Part shown: piece after piece, positions 63,961 through 64,000 of the stretch | How the letters are laid out: the number at the start of each line of letters is the position of its first letter | Position numbering within the stretch: position 1 is the first letter of the stretch | Program-made: the position numbers and the translations under genes | From: Iphione sp. A-MEVVRFRX5 | Taxonomy: Eukaryota | Direction of reading: 5' to 3' | DNA length: 64,000 nucleotides | Assembly (NCBI GenBank): GCA_976226885.1 | Contig: OZ320316.1 | Span: 76,632,001-76,696,000 of the forward strand | The notes under the pieces: generated by a model | Told to the model about the DNA's origin: nothing | The model's database searches: none | The model's input: the letters and a program-made list of their open reading frames with translations, nothing else

Positions 63961-64000
63961 TATTGAGCCTGCACCCAAGATTAGCTTAACTCCAGCTGGA
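63961..64000 (+). repeat. Start of the 3' LTR
   Basis: TATTGAGCCTGCACCCAAGATTAGCT versus 5' LTR TGTTGGGCCTGTGCCCAAGATTTGCT. Confidence 0.75.

Larger units (their letters stand above)
54429..64000 (+). mobile_element. Ty3/Gypsy LTR retrotransposon, near complete, inactivated, with extra 3' ORFs (3' LTR runs off the window)
   Basis: 5' LTR, PBS, gag with CCHC knuckle, PR-RT-RH-IN in gypsy order, extra ORFs, PPT and the start of the 3' LTR are all visible. Confidence 0.96.

Noticed and set aside
63301-63978. 225-aa minus-strand ORF
   Set aside because: It spans the MITE/gypsy junction and the 3' UTR in antisense and has no recognisable motif. A chance frame.

Overview
Eukaryotic (metazoan) genomic DNA. 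It is most consistent with a marine invertebrate deuterostome such as amphioxus, an inference from intron/exon style, repeat types and a strong TACATGTA excess. There are three short N gaps. The one recognisable host gene is a minus-strand prune (DHH/DHHA2 exopolyphosphatase) locus. Six coding exons were reconstructed between 40228 and 26450, one of them ending at a GC-AG intron; the first two coding exons were not found. Further downstream on the same strand is a 2796-nt phase-0/phase-0 acidic, disordered exon (20195-17400) that recalls the PRUNE2/BMCC1 linker and carries its own repeated motifs. The rest is repeat-rich: a tRNA-derived SINE, Tc1/mariner-type and PIF/Harbinger-type MITEs, and Penelope, Tx1/L1 and piggyBac relics. 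From 54429 to the window end is a near-complete, CpG-decayed Ty3/Gypsy LTR retrotransposon. Between pol and the polypurine tract it carries about 3.5 kb of extra coding sequence: a 630-codon ORF starting with C2H2-like fingers and a 131-aa Trp-rich ORF. The Trp-rich ORF is restored exactly when a nested TTAA piggyBac-type MITE is removed. All calls were made by eye; no searches were run.
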